A DNA stretch of 58,716 nt, taken from NCBI GenBank assembly GCA_045643125.1, contig JAZUKE010000006.1:1-58716 (forward strand), in the 5' to 3' direction. The stretch comes from Eubacteriales bacterium. GTDB lineage: Bacteria > Bacillota > Clostridia > Oscillospirales > CAG-382. The notes beneath the pieces are model-generated. The model did no database searches. It saw only the letters and a list, made by a program, of their open reading frames with translations, and had not been told where the DNA came from. This document shows, piece by piece, positions 34,815 to 44,254 of this stretch (positions are counted from its first letter, which is position 1; the number at the start of each line of letters is the position of its first letter). The position numbers and the translations under genes are program-made.

Positions 34815-37015
34815 TATATTTTCCCTCTCTCTTTGTATTCCAGGCAAAGCATCGTGATATCGTCGAACTGCGGAGCGCTTCCTACAAATTTGTCGATATC
34901 GGCTTTGATTGCCGGAAGAAGCTCGTGAGGTTTCTTATAGGCGTTATCACCGAGCACTTTTTCAAGACGGTTCATACCGTAAAGTTCATTGTTTGCGTTC
35001 GTGGCTTCGGTAACACCATCGGTGTATTGGAAGATCTTGTCACCGGGTTCAATGATTATTTCACCCGTCTTGTATCTCATACCTTCCATACCGGCGAGAA
35101 CGAAACCGGGACGGATCTTATACGGTGCGTATTTGCCGTCTTTCTTGCAGATGAACGGCATTTCGTGTCCTGCATTGACAAAGCGGAAAACGCCGGTCGT
35201 CAAGTCAAGCACGCCTTCAAAAGCGGTAACGAAAAGCTCGCCGCTGTTGGATTCGCAAAGCAGTTTGTTTACGGTGGAGAAGACTTCGCCGAGGTCCTGA
35301 TTGGGGTTCGTGTGGTCTTTGATAAGAGTCTTTGCAATTACCATAAACAACGCAGCGGGAACGCCTTTGCCCGAAACGTCAGCCATAACAATGGCGATAT
35401 GGTTATCATCGACCATAAAGTAATCGTAGAAGTCGCCGCCGACCTCTTTTGCCGGTGTCATAGTCGCGTAAATGTCAAATTCGGTTCTGTCGGGGAAGGG
35501 CGGGAAAACGCAGGGAAGCATAGATGCCTGAATACGTGTAGCAACGTCAAGCTCCGCACTGATACGTTCTTTTTCGGCAGTGACGGCAGCAAGGTTCTTG
35601 ATATAACCGTTGAGGCTTTCCGTCATATTGTTGAATGCGTTGCCGAGGTCTTCGATCTCATCGTCGGTCTTGATGTGCAGGACGTAATTAAGGTCGCCGC
35701 CGCCGATCTTATCGACGCCGTCTTTAAGCTCAATGATAGGTGTGGTGAAGGATTTTGCAAATTTTGTCGAGATTATTATTACCGAAACAATGATAAGTAT
35801 TACCAGAATTGCGAAAATAATGAAGGCGGAAATGATTCGGTCGTTGACCTTATTGTAGTTAGTCATAATAAGATCGTCGTTAGTGCTGATAACGGTAACG
35901 AGGGTCCAGTCGTTATTTTCGAGTGCAGAGTAAGTAACGTAGCATTCCTGACCGTCAATTGTGATCGTACTTATGTTTGATTTTTCGTTGTTCTGTATTT
36001 TGCGTGCAAGTTCGACAAGACCTTTGTTTTCGCTCTTGCTGAGATCGGTCTCGATCATAACTTCGCTGTCTTTGGAGGTTTTTTCGCTTGTGTTGGGGTT
36101 GATGATGACGTTGGTCTTGTTGCGGCTTACCATAAACGAATAACCGGTCGAACCGATGGTCGAGCTTTCGACAAGATCGGCAAAGTTCGTGAGAAGTCCG
36201 CCGCTGCCGGCAACGCCGACGATTTTTCCGTCCACCACTACGGGAACGGCGCAGATCATCGAAATGCCTCTGCCGGAGCCGTCCTGAACGGGATCAGTCC
36301 AATAAACTCCCGATTTGGTAAGGGTGTTGTTCTTATATGCTTCGACTGCGCCCGTGTACCAGCCGCGCGTGCGTCCGTCGTAGCTGATCATAGCGGCGGT
36401 GAGAGGATCGCCCAGAACGTCCATTCCGCTGTCGTCAAAGCAGAAATAGGAGGCGGCAAAGCCCGTGTATGTGCCGTCGTCGTTGCGGAAATTCTCTATC
36501 TGTGCAAATTCGTTGCCGAGCAGGGAAGCCAGATAAAGCTCCTCGTTGACGGTGAATCTGCCGCCGGTAGAAGCGTCGCGGTCGATCTCGGCGAAAGTTA
36601 CCGTGCCGTTATCGTCTTTTTTGACGTTTTTGAGCAGATTATCGGGAACACGGACGTGTACCGAATACTGTCCCAGTGTGTATTTGGAATTGCAGGTAAC
36701 GTCGGGCAGGTTCAGTTCGTTGTAACCCAAAAGGTATCTGTCGGCGTTCTCAAGGATGTCGGCGGCGCCTGTTGCCACCATTATCGTCTGATTCTGAGCA
36801 AGAAGCAGCATTGAATCGGCTATCGAAGCGCGGTTTTGCGTCAGCTCGATAAGACGTTCTTTTGCGTCTGCTTCGGCAGTTTCCAACGAGTTCGTCCTTA
36901 TGTCGAGCATGGAAAAGATAGAGATACATACGGTGATCATCAGCGAAACGACACTGATTATGATTATCAGTCTCGTCAGCTTCTGGCGGATGCCGGTGTG
37001 CTTGCTTTTTTTCAT
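34814..37015 (-). CDS. Membrane sensor phosphatase: TM - dCache-like ectodomain - TM - HAMP - PP2C/SpoIIE domain
   Basis: Two TM helices flank an ectodomain of about 360 aa with a Cache-type TRGWYTGA motif. HAMP DEIEDLGNAFNNM. PP2C motifs GGDFYDY, ADVSGKGVPAALFM, YTDGVTEA, DDITML. Confidence 0.85.
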   Translation of the reverse strand: MKKSKHTGIRQKLTRLIIIISVVSLMITVCISIFSMLDIRTNSLETAEADAKERLIELTQNRASIADSMLLLAQNQTIMVATGAADILENADRYLLGYNELNLPDVTCNSKYTLGQYSVHVRVPDNLLKNVKKDDNGTVTFAEIDRDASTGGRFTVNEELYLASLLGNEFAQIENFRNDDGTYTGFAASYFCFDDSGMDVLGDPLTAAMISYDGRTRGWYTGAVEAYKNNTLTKSGVYWTDPVQDGSGRGISMICAVPVVVDGKIVGVAGSGGLLTNFADLVESSTIGSTGYSFMVSRNKTNVIINPNTSEKTSKDSEVMIETDLSKSENKGLVELARKIQNNEKSNISTITIDGQECYVTYSALENNDWTLVTVISTNDDLIMTNYNKVNDRIISAFIIFAILVILIIVSVIIISTKFAKSFTTPIIELKDGVDKIGGGDLNYVLHIKTDDEIEDLGNAFNNMTESLNGYIKNLAAVTAEKERISAELDVATRIQASMLPCVFPPFPDRTEFDIYATMTPAKEVGGDFYDYFMVDDNHIAIVMADVSGKGVPAALFMVIAKTLIKDHTNPNQDLGEVFSTVNKLLCESNSGELFVTAFEGVLDLTTGVFRFVNAGHEMPFICKKDGKYAPYKIRPGFVLAGMEGMRYKTGEIIIEPGDKIFQYTDGVTEATNANNELYGMNRLEKVLGDNAYKKPHELLPAIKADIDKFVGSAPQFDDITMLCLEYKERGKI

Positions 37016-38022
37016 TGATTATTTCCTCCGAATATATAATTTATTAAATCAAATTGATTTTCATAAAGAACGGTGCTTTTGTGATCGACGGAACAGTTAT
37101 CGCTTTGCGACATTATGATGTATTCGCCGTTAAGCGAAAGAGGCTTTATGCCGGTAAAGTAAAAACCGATTTTTTGCAGTTTTTCGTATACCGCAAGACC
37201 TTCGGAAAAGCACGCATTGATGTATGCAACGCAGGTCGAGCCGTTTTTGAGATACTCTTTGATCTTCGGCATAAACACCATATCAAAGTCTTCTGCCGGG
37301 CGCTCGATATAGAACTCTGCGGATGAATGCTTGGGCTTTTCGGAGATATTGTACATACCGATCCGACGGAGATCGTCCGGGATATCGGCGTATTCGCTGA
37401 AAGAACACGGTACACCCAATTTTTCGTATATACTTTTTATCAGTTCCTTGTGTTTCTCGGGAGCGAACAACGATACGTCTTTGTGATTTATTGCTTTGCA
37501 GTAAACTGCCTGCGACATTTTCGTGCCTTTCGGATAGTTCAGCTTCGGCACCATTATCTCGCTTTTATAAAGCATCATACGAAGCCCGCAAAGCACGAAC
37601 CCCTGACGGGTAAGCGTTTTCTGACTGATGTCATTGTGCGTCATAACGTCGGCGTAAAGCGACAGCGAATCACCGTAGTACTTTTTTACCTGATCGAGCA
37701 AGTAGTCTTCCTGCTTTGAAGCGACGCCTTTGCCGCGGTATTCCGTCAGCACGCTCCGAAGCATCAGCAGTATCGAACCGTCGAAAACGCCTTTCAGCTT
37801 CTGCGCTGCCGAAGTGCCTACGATCCTGCCGTCTTTGTTCTTTGCGAGCGTCACTATCATCGAGCCGTCGCCGGTCTTTCGGTTAAGGTATTCGGACGTA
37901 AGATAGCGGTCGTACGGATAACCTCCGCAGTAAAAATCGTTTATGCACTCAACAAATCCCGTATGATCATCGGGAGTGTATGTGCAAAACGATATTTCAT
38001 CATCTAAATCTGAAAGTTTCAA
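37012..38022 (-). CDS. Two-domain GNAT-family N-acetyltransferase (active N-terminal GNAT plus degenerate second lobe)
   Basis: 336 aa. Acetyl-CoA P-loop-like YRGKGVASK in the N-terminal half. The C-terminal half ends with a GNAT-like GFYFTGIKP...GEYIIM strand pattern. TTG start after GGAGG; the stop overlaps the phosphatase start (ATGA). Confidence 0.65.
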   Translation of the reverse strand: MKLSDLDDEISFCTYTPDDHTGFVECINDFYCGGYPYDRYLTSEYLNRKTGDGSMIVTLAKNKDGRIVGTSAAQKLKGVFDGSILLMLRSVLTEYRGKGVASKQEDYLLDQVKKYYGDSLSLYADVMTHNDISQKTLTRQGFVLCGLRMMLYKSEIMVPKLNYPKGTKMSQAVYCKAINHKDVSLFAPEKHKELIKSIYEKLGVPCSFSEYADIPDDLRRIGMYNISEKPKHSSAEFYIERPAEDFDMVFMPKIKEYLKNGSTCVAYINACFSEGLAVYEKLQKIGFYFTGIKPLSLNGEYIIMSQSDNCSVDHKSTVLYENQFDLINYIFGGNNQ

Positions 38023-38067
38023 GAGTATTCCTCCAAAAGAACGTACGAAAGAATTTAATTATTTCGC

Positions 38068-38096
38068 ATTATAACACAAATGTGCAGAGAATACAA
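38068..38096 (-). promoter_or_regulatory. Sigma-A-type promoter of the GNAT-phosphatase-kinase operon
   Basis: Minus strand: TTGTAT (38096-38091), 17-nt spacer, TATAAT (38073-38068), preceded by TG. Confidence 0.5.
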
Positions 38097-38100
38097 CAAT

Positions 38101-39360
38101 TTATTCCCAAAATATCAAAATTCTTCTTCCTTTTCTCCATATAGGGAACGCAATGATCGCGGCGACAAGACCGAGAGCGGCAACTGCCGTCCACGAAAGA
38201 ACGGTGATGCCCCAACCGAAGTTTTTGGCGATGGCGCCGATGACGACGCCGGAGATCGCGGACGCACCGTAACTGCACGCATCAAGGAATCCCGTGAACG
38301 AAGCGGCTCTGCCGACTCTTGCAAACGCCATCGGTATAAAGGTGAGCAGCAGCGTGTTCGCACCGAGCATCGACGACGTTGATATCGCAATGAACGCAAC
38401 GGCAAGCACGATGTTCACGTTTCCGAAGAAATACATCATCAGTATCCCGAAAACCGAAATGCCGAACATAACGGCAATGGTGGCGAATTCGTTTTTGAAA
38501 ATATGTCTGTCGAGCCACACCGCGACGAATGCGCCGACCAGGTTTACGACGGGAAGTATCATCATAAGCACGGACGCTTCGGAGTCGGTCACGCCTTCAA
38601 AATTCTCGACAAGATACGTCGGGAGCCACGAGGTCACGCCGTCTTTGAGTACGCCGTTGAAGCATACGCATATCGCGGAGATGAGCGCGCCCGTGGAAAC
38701 GAGAAGAGTGATGAGTTTTTTTATCGAAACACGCTCCGGGTGTACGATCTCTTTGCTTGTCGTATCGCTTTCGATATATTTCATATAAGGTTTAAGGCGA
38801 TTCATAGAGATGAACCACAGCAGAGCGACCACGAGCCCGATCGAGCCGGAGATGAAGAATACGATGCGATAGCCGCAGGAATCAAGGAACAGACCGCCTA
38901 TTCCGTAGGAAATGAGAGTGCCGACGGGTATCGTCGCCGATATCCAGGTGCCGGCAAAGGTCTTGACGCTGTCCGGCAGATATTCCGCCATAAAACGGGT
39001 AACGGGCGCCCATAACATCGAGCAGAAGAAGCCTTCACAGCACCATACGACGATGCACATCCATTTGCTTGCGGAAAGCCCCATAAGTATGTCGGCGCAG
39101 GCGGCACCCGTGACGCCTATGCCGATCATATATTTCGGATGGAATTTGTCGCCGAGCCAACCGTTTATGAGCTGACCGCAGCCGTAGCTTGCAAGAAGGG
39201 CGGTAAGTATGATACCGGCGAAGGTCTCGTCGAACATACCGTCGTTCACCATATTGTTCATACTGATAGAATAGCAGTATTTTGTTATATACGAGGTCGC
39301 GTATGCGCCCCAGCATACGAAAAAGAGAATATACGGAGTTTTTTTCGAGGTGTGATCCAT
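38101..39360 (-). CDS. MFS transporter, GlpT/UhpC (organophosphate:Pi antiporter)-like
   Basis: 12-TM pattern. The N-terminal region YATSYITKYCYS...GQLINGWLGDKFHPK resembles OPA-family signatures. Start trimmed to MDHTSKK (ATG 39360) because the longer ORF would overlap glpK. Confidence 0.7.
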   Translation of the reverse strand: MDHTSKKTPYILFFVCWGAYATSYITKYCYSISMNNMVNDGMFDETFAGIILTALLASYGCGQLINGWLGDKFHPKYMIGIGVTGAACADILMGLSASKWMCIVVWCCEGFFCSMLWAPVTRFMAEYLPDSVKTFAGTWISATIPVGTLISYGIGGLFLDSCGYRIVFFISGSIGLVVALLWFISMNRLKPYMKYIESDTTSKEIVHPERVSIKKLITLLVSTGALISAICVCFNGVLKDGVTSWLPTYLVENFEGVTDSEASVLMMILPVVNLVGAFVAVWLDRHIFKNEFATIAVMFGISVFGILMMYFFGNVNIVLAVAFIAISTSSMLGANTLLLTFIPMAFARVGRAASFTGFLDACSYGASAISGVVIGAIAKNFGWGITVLSWTAVAALGLVAAIIAFPIWRKGRRILIFWE

Positions 39361-39380
39361 TTTTTTGCGCGTCCTTGTGT

Positions 39381-40877
39381 TTATTTGATTTCCGAAAGTG
39401 TGCGTTTTATCGCGTTTTTCCATCCGTTGATGCGGGACGCACGTTCGGCGTCGGTAACGGACGGAGAATATGTTTTTGATTTTCTGACGTATTTGCAAAG
39501 CTCGTTCTTGTCGCTTATAACGCCTTTTCCGAGGAGAGCGAGGAAAGCGGCTCCCATAGCCGTCGTTTCGACGATCTCGGGACGTTCAACGTCAACGCCG
39601 AGCAGGTCGGCTTGGAACTGCATCATAAAGTCGCTGACCGAAGCACCGCCGTCAACGCGCAGCGATGCGATATCCTTGCCGCTCGCGTCCTTCATTGCGT
39701 TTACGAGGTCAAGCACCTGAAACGCGATGCCTTCGAGCGTGGCACGACAGATATGATATTTCGTCGTTCCGCGGCTTATCCCGGTTATCGTGCCGCGTGC
39801 ATACATATCCCAATACGGTGCGCCAAGCCCCGTGAACGCGGAAACAAGGTAAACGCCGCCGTTATCGGGCACTTTTTCGGCAAATTCGTCGATCTCTCTT
39901 GCCGAGGAGATGAGTCCGAGACCGTCGCGCAGCCATTGGATGGAGCTTCCGGCATTGAATACGCTGCCTTCAAGCGCATAGACGGTTTCGTTTCCTATTT
40001 TCCAGCCCACCGTGGTGATGAGAGAGCCGTCGTTTTCGGGTATTTTGCTTCCTACGTTCATAAGCGTGAAACAGCCGGTGCCGTAGGTATTCTTTACGTC
40101 GCCTATCTCAAAACAGGTCTGTCCGAAAAGGGAAGACTGCTGATCTCCGGCGACGCCGTTTATCGTAACTCCGTCAAGGAGCTTTGAAACACCCGCTTTT
40201 TCGGCGTCTATCGTTCCGAAATATCCGGCGCAGTCGCGCACCTCGGGAAGCATACACACGGGGATACCGAAAAGTTCGCAAAGCTCTTCGTCCCACGAAA
40301 GCGTGTGAATGTTGAAAAGCATCGTTCTCGAAGCGTTCGTGTAATCCGTCGCGTGGACTTTTCCGCCGGTAAGGTTGTATATGAGCCAGCAATCGACGGT
40401 ACCGCAGAGCAGTTCACCGTTTTCGGCACGGACTTTTCCGTTTTCTATGTGGTCAAGTATCCATTTTATCTTTGTCGCGGAAAAATAAGCGTCGATGCCA
40501 AGCCCCGTTTTGCGGCGTATCATATCGGCATATCCGTTTTTTATATAGTCTTCGCAGATATCCGCAGTTCTGCGGCATTGCCACACTATGGCGTTGAAAA
40601 CGGGTTTTCCGCTCGATTTCTCCCAGACTATGACGGTCTCGCGCTGATTGGTTATGCCGACCGTTACGGGACGGATGCCCGCTTTTTCAACTGCTTCCGA
40701 AGCGGCGCGAAGCTCGGTGGAAAGGATATCAAAAGGATCGTGTTCGACCCATCCGGGGGAGGGAAAATGCTGTTTAAACGGATATTGGACAGATGAAACT
40801 ATCCTGCCGTCGGGCGAAAAAAGTATCGCGCGGGAGCTTGTAGTCCCCTGGTCAAGTGATAATACGCAGTTTTCCAT
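39381..40877 (-). CDS. glpK: Glycerol kinase
   Basis: VLSLDQGTTSSRAILF, ITNQRETVIVW, GDQQSSLFGQ, VDGGAS. Start trimmed to MENCVLS (ATG 40877), after GAGG. Confidence 0.95.
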   Translation of the reverse strand: MENCVLSLDQGTTSSRAILFSPDGRIVSSVQYPFKQHFPSPGWVEHDPFDILSTELRAASEAVEKAGIRPVTVGITNQRETVIVWEKSSGKPVFNAIVWQCRRTADICEDYIKNGYADMIRRKTGLGIDAYFSATKIKWILDHIENGKVRAENGELLCGTVDCWLIYNLTGGKVHATDYTNASRTMLFNIHTLSWDEELCELFGIPVCMLPEVRDCAGYFGTIDAEKAGVSKLLDGVTINGVAGDQQSSLFGQTCFEIGDVKNTYGTGCFTLMNVGSKIPENDGSLITTVGWKIGNETVYALEGSVFNAGSSIQWLRDGLGLISSAREIDEFAEKVPDNGGVYLVSAFTGLGAPYWDMYARGTITGISRGTTKYHICRATLEGIAFQVLDLVNAMKDASGKDIASLRVDGGASVSDFMMQFQADLLGVDVERPEIVETTAMGAAFLALLGKGVISDKNELCKYVRKSKTYSPSVTDAERASRINGWKNAIKRTLSEIK

Positions 40878-40897
40878 AACAAAACCTCGTTTTCTTG

Positions 40898-40926
40898 TTG
40901 ACATCTTAAATAAAATGAATTATTAT
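40898..40926 (+). promoter_or_regulatory. Candidate promoter of the alpha/beta hydrolase gene
   Basis: TTGACA, 17-nt spacer, TATTAT. Confidence 0.4.
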
Positions 40927-40961
40927 AATTGTAAAATAAAGATAAAAAGAGGGGCGGTACA

Positions 40962-41873
40962 ATGAAATTCAATGAATTTACATATCCGTCGTCGGACGGA
41001 ATACACTCGATCCATTCTTACGAATACCTGCCGGACGGTGAGATCAAAGCCGTCATTCAGGTCTGCCACGGCATTTCCGAGCATTTCGGCAGATATAAGG
41101 AACTCTGGGAGTATATGACGAGCCGCGGCATTGCCGTCTGCGGAAACGATCATCTGGGGCACGGAAAAACGGCGGAGAAGAGCGAATACGGCTTTTTTGC
41201 CGATGAAAACGGATGGCAGCGCGTCTGCGACGACGTAGTGAGCCTTTTTGAAATAGAAAAGAAAAAGTACAATAACGCAAAATACTGTCTGTTCGGTCAT
41301 TCTATGGGCAGTTTTATTGCGCGGACGGTATTTATGCAGGGAAGCATCGACGCCGACTGCTATATCTTTTCCGGCACCGGACATCAGTCGGGCTTGACCG
41401 TAAAATCCGGAAAGCTCATCGGCAAAGCGGTGAGGAAAACCAAAAAGAGCAAGTACGATTCCGACAAATTCATAAAGCAGCTCGCGTTCGGATCGTACAA
41501 CAAAAAATTTGAAAAGCGCACCGAATGTGATTGGATATCGAGCGACAAAGCCGAAGTTGACAGATATATGAGCGATCCGATGTGCAATGCCCCGGTAAGC
41601 GTCGGACTTTTCATTGATATGCTTGACGGACTTGATATTATCAGAAAGCAGAAAAATTACGCTTCCTGCCCCAAAAAGTCACCCGTACTTTTCGTTTCCG
41701 GAACTTCCGACCCCGTCGGACAATACGGAAAAGGCGTGGAAAAGGTTTATTCTTCAATGCTCAAAGCGGGCGTGAACGCCAAAAAGTATATGTACGAAGG
41801 TCGTCACGAGTTGTTTCACGAGCCGGTCAGAGAAAAGGTGCTTGGCGATATTTACGAATGGCTTTCCGTGTAA
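40962..41873 (+). CDS. Alpha/beta hydrolase (lysophospholipase/monoacylglycerol lipase-like)
   Basis: HGISEHFGRY...NDHLGHGKT and the nucleophile elbow GHSMGS. Confidence 0.8.
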   Translation: MKFNEFTYPSSDGIHSIHSYEYLPDGEIKAVIQVCHGISEHFGRYKELWEYMTSRGIAVCGNDHLGHGKTAEKSEYGFFADENGWQRVCDDVVSLFEIEKKKYNNAKYCLFGHSMGSFIARTVFMQGSIDADCYIFSGTGHQSGLTVKSGKLIGKAVRKTKKSKYDSDKFIKQLAFGSYNKKFEKRTECDWISSDKAEVDRYMSDPMCNAPVSVGLFIDMLDGLDIIRKQKNYASCPKKSPVLFVSGTSDPVGQYGKGVEKVYSSMLKAGVNAKKYMYEGRHELFHEPVREKVLGDIYEWLSV

Positions 41874-43393
41874 ACGGGGAGCGTGAGCGTTGCTTTGAAC
41901 AAGTCGCCGTCAGCCGTTATCGCAAGCTCGCCCTGCTGAAGCTCCGCGAGGCTCGAAGCGATCGACAGCCCAAGCCCGCTTCCTTCCGTCGAACGCGAAG
42001 AGTCGCCTCTGACAAATCTTTCGACGAGTTCATCGGACGAAACGTTGAGTATATTTTTTGAAATGTTCTTGAAAACGACCTGCGCCTTTCCGTTGCCGCA
42101 CGTCATATCTATATATACTCGCGTGGACGGAAGCGAATATTTGCAGATATTGCTCATCAGGTTGTCGAATATTCGCCACAGCAGGCTGCCGTCGGCAATG
42201 ACCGTCACCGGCGTTTCGCTGCACGATACGACGGCGGTAAGCGACGAAGAATCGAATTTTTCGCTGTATTCGGCGACTGCCTGGTTGAGCAGCTCGTTGA
42301 GATTCGTCGGGGAAGCGTTTACCACGATGTTTCCCGTTATCGCTTTTGACGCTTCAACGAGATCAACTATCAGTTTTTTCAGTTTTGACGATTGACGGTC
42401 GATGACTTCAAGGTATTGTTTCCTTTGTTCCGTTGTCAGATCGTCGTGTTTCAAAAGATCGACATAGTTAATAATGGAAGTCAGCGGCGTTTTTATATCG
42501 TGCGACACGTTTGTGATAAGCTCGGTACGGAAACGCTCGCTTTTTGTTTTTTCTTCAACGGCTTTGGAAAGACCGACGTTGATGTTGTTGAGATTTTCGC
42601 TTATTTTGGTAAATTCGGAATACATACCCGTCGTGTCAATTTTGTAATTCAGTTCGCCGTCGGATATGCGTTTGGAGCCTTTTTTGATCTTGTCAATGAA
42701 TATCACGCAGGACGCGAGAAGCGCAATATATATGAACGTCACTATCGACCAAACGATTATCAGCAGAAGAGTGCGGTAATAAAATGCGTAAAACGTGATG
42801 CCGGAATAGAGGATAAGGAAGAAAAGCACCTTCCATATCGTCGCAAAATTTGTGTAAGCATCGCGTAAAAGCAGAAAGATATGCCAAAAAAGCGTCCTTT
42901 CAAGCAGGGTATCGGTTTTGTAGCGTATCGCAACGGAAACGAAGATCAGTTCAAAAAAGCACGATATAAGCAGCAGAGAAGGGCAGATGATGAACAGAGT
43001 CCATAGCGCCATACGTTTCAGAACGCGGATGCAGACATAGCAAAGCCCGTATATCAGCGCACCGTAGAAAACGACTACGAATTCAAGATATATTCTGTCC
43101 TGCTTTCGGGAGACTGCTTTTTCGCTTCCTTTGTGATACCCGGCACCAGTCATTACGAATACCAGCAGTGCAAGCGACGCTATCGCCGTTGACACGCAGA
43201 CGATGCCGAAGGCGTATTTCATTGAAATGGCGAAACTGTCGAATTTTGAAAGTTCTTCCGTCGGAGTTGTGTAAAGATCATTTCTTATGGCATACAGAAA
43301 ACCCGCCGAAGACGCGATGCAAGTCGAAAGCGTCAGACAGAAAATGCCGAACGCGGTATATTTCAAAGCGGATATCCTTGCGAGCTTTTTCAA
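41852..43393 (-). CDS. Sensor histidine kinase with multi-TM intramembrane-type N-terminus
   Basis: About 6-7 TM helices without a sizeable ectodomain. H-box SHDIKTPLTSI and HATPase G-boxes GSGLGLSIA. Confidence 0.85.
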   Translation of the reverse strand: MKKLARISALKYTAFGIFCLTLSTCIASSAGFLYAIRNDLYTTPTEELSKFDSFAISMKYAFGIVCVSTAIASLALLVFVMTGAGYHKGSEKAVSRKQDRIYLEFVVVFYGALIYGLCYVCIRVLKRMALWTLFIICPSLLLISCFFELIFVSVAIRYKTDTLLERTLFWHIFLLLRDAYTNFATIWKVLFFLILYSGITFYAFYYRTLLLIIVWSIVTFIYIALLASCVIFIDKIKKGSKRISDGELNYKIDTTGMYSEFTKISENLNNINVGLSKAVEEKTKSERFRTELITNVSHDIKTPLTSIINYVDLLKHDDLTTEQRKQYLEVIDRQSSKLKKLIVDLVEASKAITGNIVVNASPTNLNELLNQAVAEYSEKFDSSSLTAVVSCSETPVTVIADGSLLWRIFDNLMSNICKYSLPSTRVYIDMTCGNGKAQVVFKNISKNILNVSSDELVERFVRGDSSRSTEGSGLGLSIASSLAELQQGELAITADGDLFKATLTLPVYTESHS

Positions 43394-43415
43394 AACGCTT
43401 CCTCCCGTAAAATTG

Positions 43416-44102
43416 TCAGTTGCTTATTTTATATCCCTGTCCCCATACGACCTTGAGATACCGCGGCTCTGCCGGATCTATTTCGATCTTTTCGCGCAGA
43501 TGACGGATGTGTACCGCTATGGTGTTATCCGAGCCGAGCGGATTATCGTTCCATACCGCAGAATAAATGTCTGACGACGAATAGACCTTGCCGGGATTTT
43601 TCATCAGTAGTTTGAGTATCTCGAATTCGGTCGGCGTAAGGGATGTTGGCGTACCGTCAACGGTGAAAGTCTTGGCGGTGTCGTTGAGCGTCAGCCCCCC
43701 GAGCGTGATTATATCGTCGCCCGTAGGTGCGCCGCCGAAGTTCATATAGCGCCGGAGTTGTGATTTGACTCTTGCAGTCAGCACGACCGGATTGAACGGC
43801 TTTGTTACATAGTCGTCTCCGCCGATGTTCAGCCCAAGCACCTTGTCGGTGTCTTCGCTTTTGGCGGAAAGAAAGATGATGGGGATGTTTGAAGTTTTCC
43901 TTATTTCGGCGACCGTTGCTATCCCATCAAGCTCGGGCATCATAATATCCATAATTATAAGATGTACCTGGCTCTTTGAACAGACGGAAATCGCTTCCTT
44001 GCCGTTGGAACAGCCTATGACGTCGTAGCCTTCGGCGGAAAGATATATTTTTACGGCAGACACAATGTCCTTGTCGTCATCGCACACGAGTATTGTCGGC
44101 AT
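43416..44102 (-). CDS. OmpR-family response regulator
   Basis: Receiver domain ILVCDDD...LIIMDIMMPELDG, with a winged-helix C-terminus ending LKVVWGQGYK. Start at ATG 44102, after GGAGG. Confidence 0.9.
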   Translation of the reverse strand: MPTILVCDDDKDIVSAVKIYLSAEGYDVIGCSNGKEAISVCSKSQVHLIIMDIMMPELDGIATVAEIRKTSNIPIIFLSAKSEDTDKVLGLNIGGDDYVTKPFNPVVLTARVKSQLRRYMNFGGAPTGDDIITLGGLTLNDTAKTFTVDGTPTSLTPTEFEILKLLMKNPGKVYSSSDIYSAVWNDNPLGSDNTIAVHIRHLREKIEIDPAEPRYLKVVWGQGYKISN

Positions 44103-44130
44103 CGAAAACACCTCCATTATTATTCATCTT

Positions 44131-44159
44131 ATTATACTACAAAACATATCGGAAATCAA
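44131..44159 (-). promoter_or_regulatory. Sigma-A-type promoter of the two-component operon
   Basis: Minus strand: TTGATT, 17-nt spacer, TATAAT. Confidence 0.5.
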
Positions 44160-44173
44160 TACAAAATAACGTA

Positions 44174-44201
44174 TTGACTAAATTAAAAAACGTGCTATAA
44201 T
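44174..44201 (+). promoter_or_regulatory. Sigma-A-type promoter of the oxidoreductase gene
   Basis: TTGACT, 16-nt spacer, TATAAT. Confidence 0.45.
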
Positions 44202-44254
44202 AAAAAAGACGATTCAATACCGTTTGAAAATCAAAGAAAAAGGAGTATTGTATT

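Noticed and set aside
39361-39498. N-terminal extension of the MFS ORF that overlaps the glpK 3' end
   Set aside because: The extension is basic and non-membrane-like, and it overlaps glpK. The internal ATG at 39360 gives a normal MFS N-terminus. Similar over-extensions were trimmed for gpmI, glpK, secE, def, the SLOG gene, yerC, the response regulator and the RsbW-like kinase.
41852-41873. 22-nt convergent overlap of the hydrolase and histidine kinase 3' ends
   Set aside because: Short convergent overlaps are common, and nothing suggests a regulatory role.
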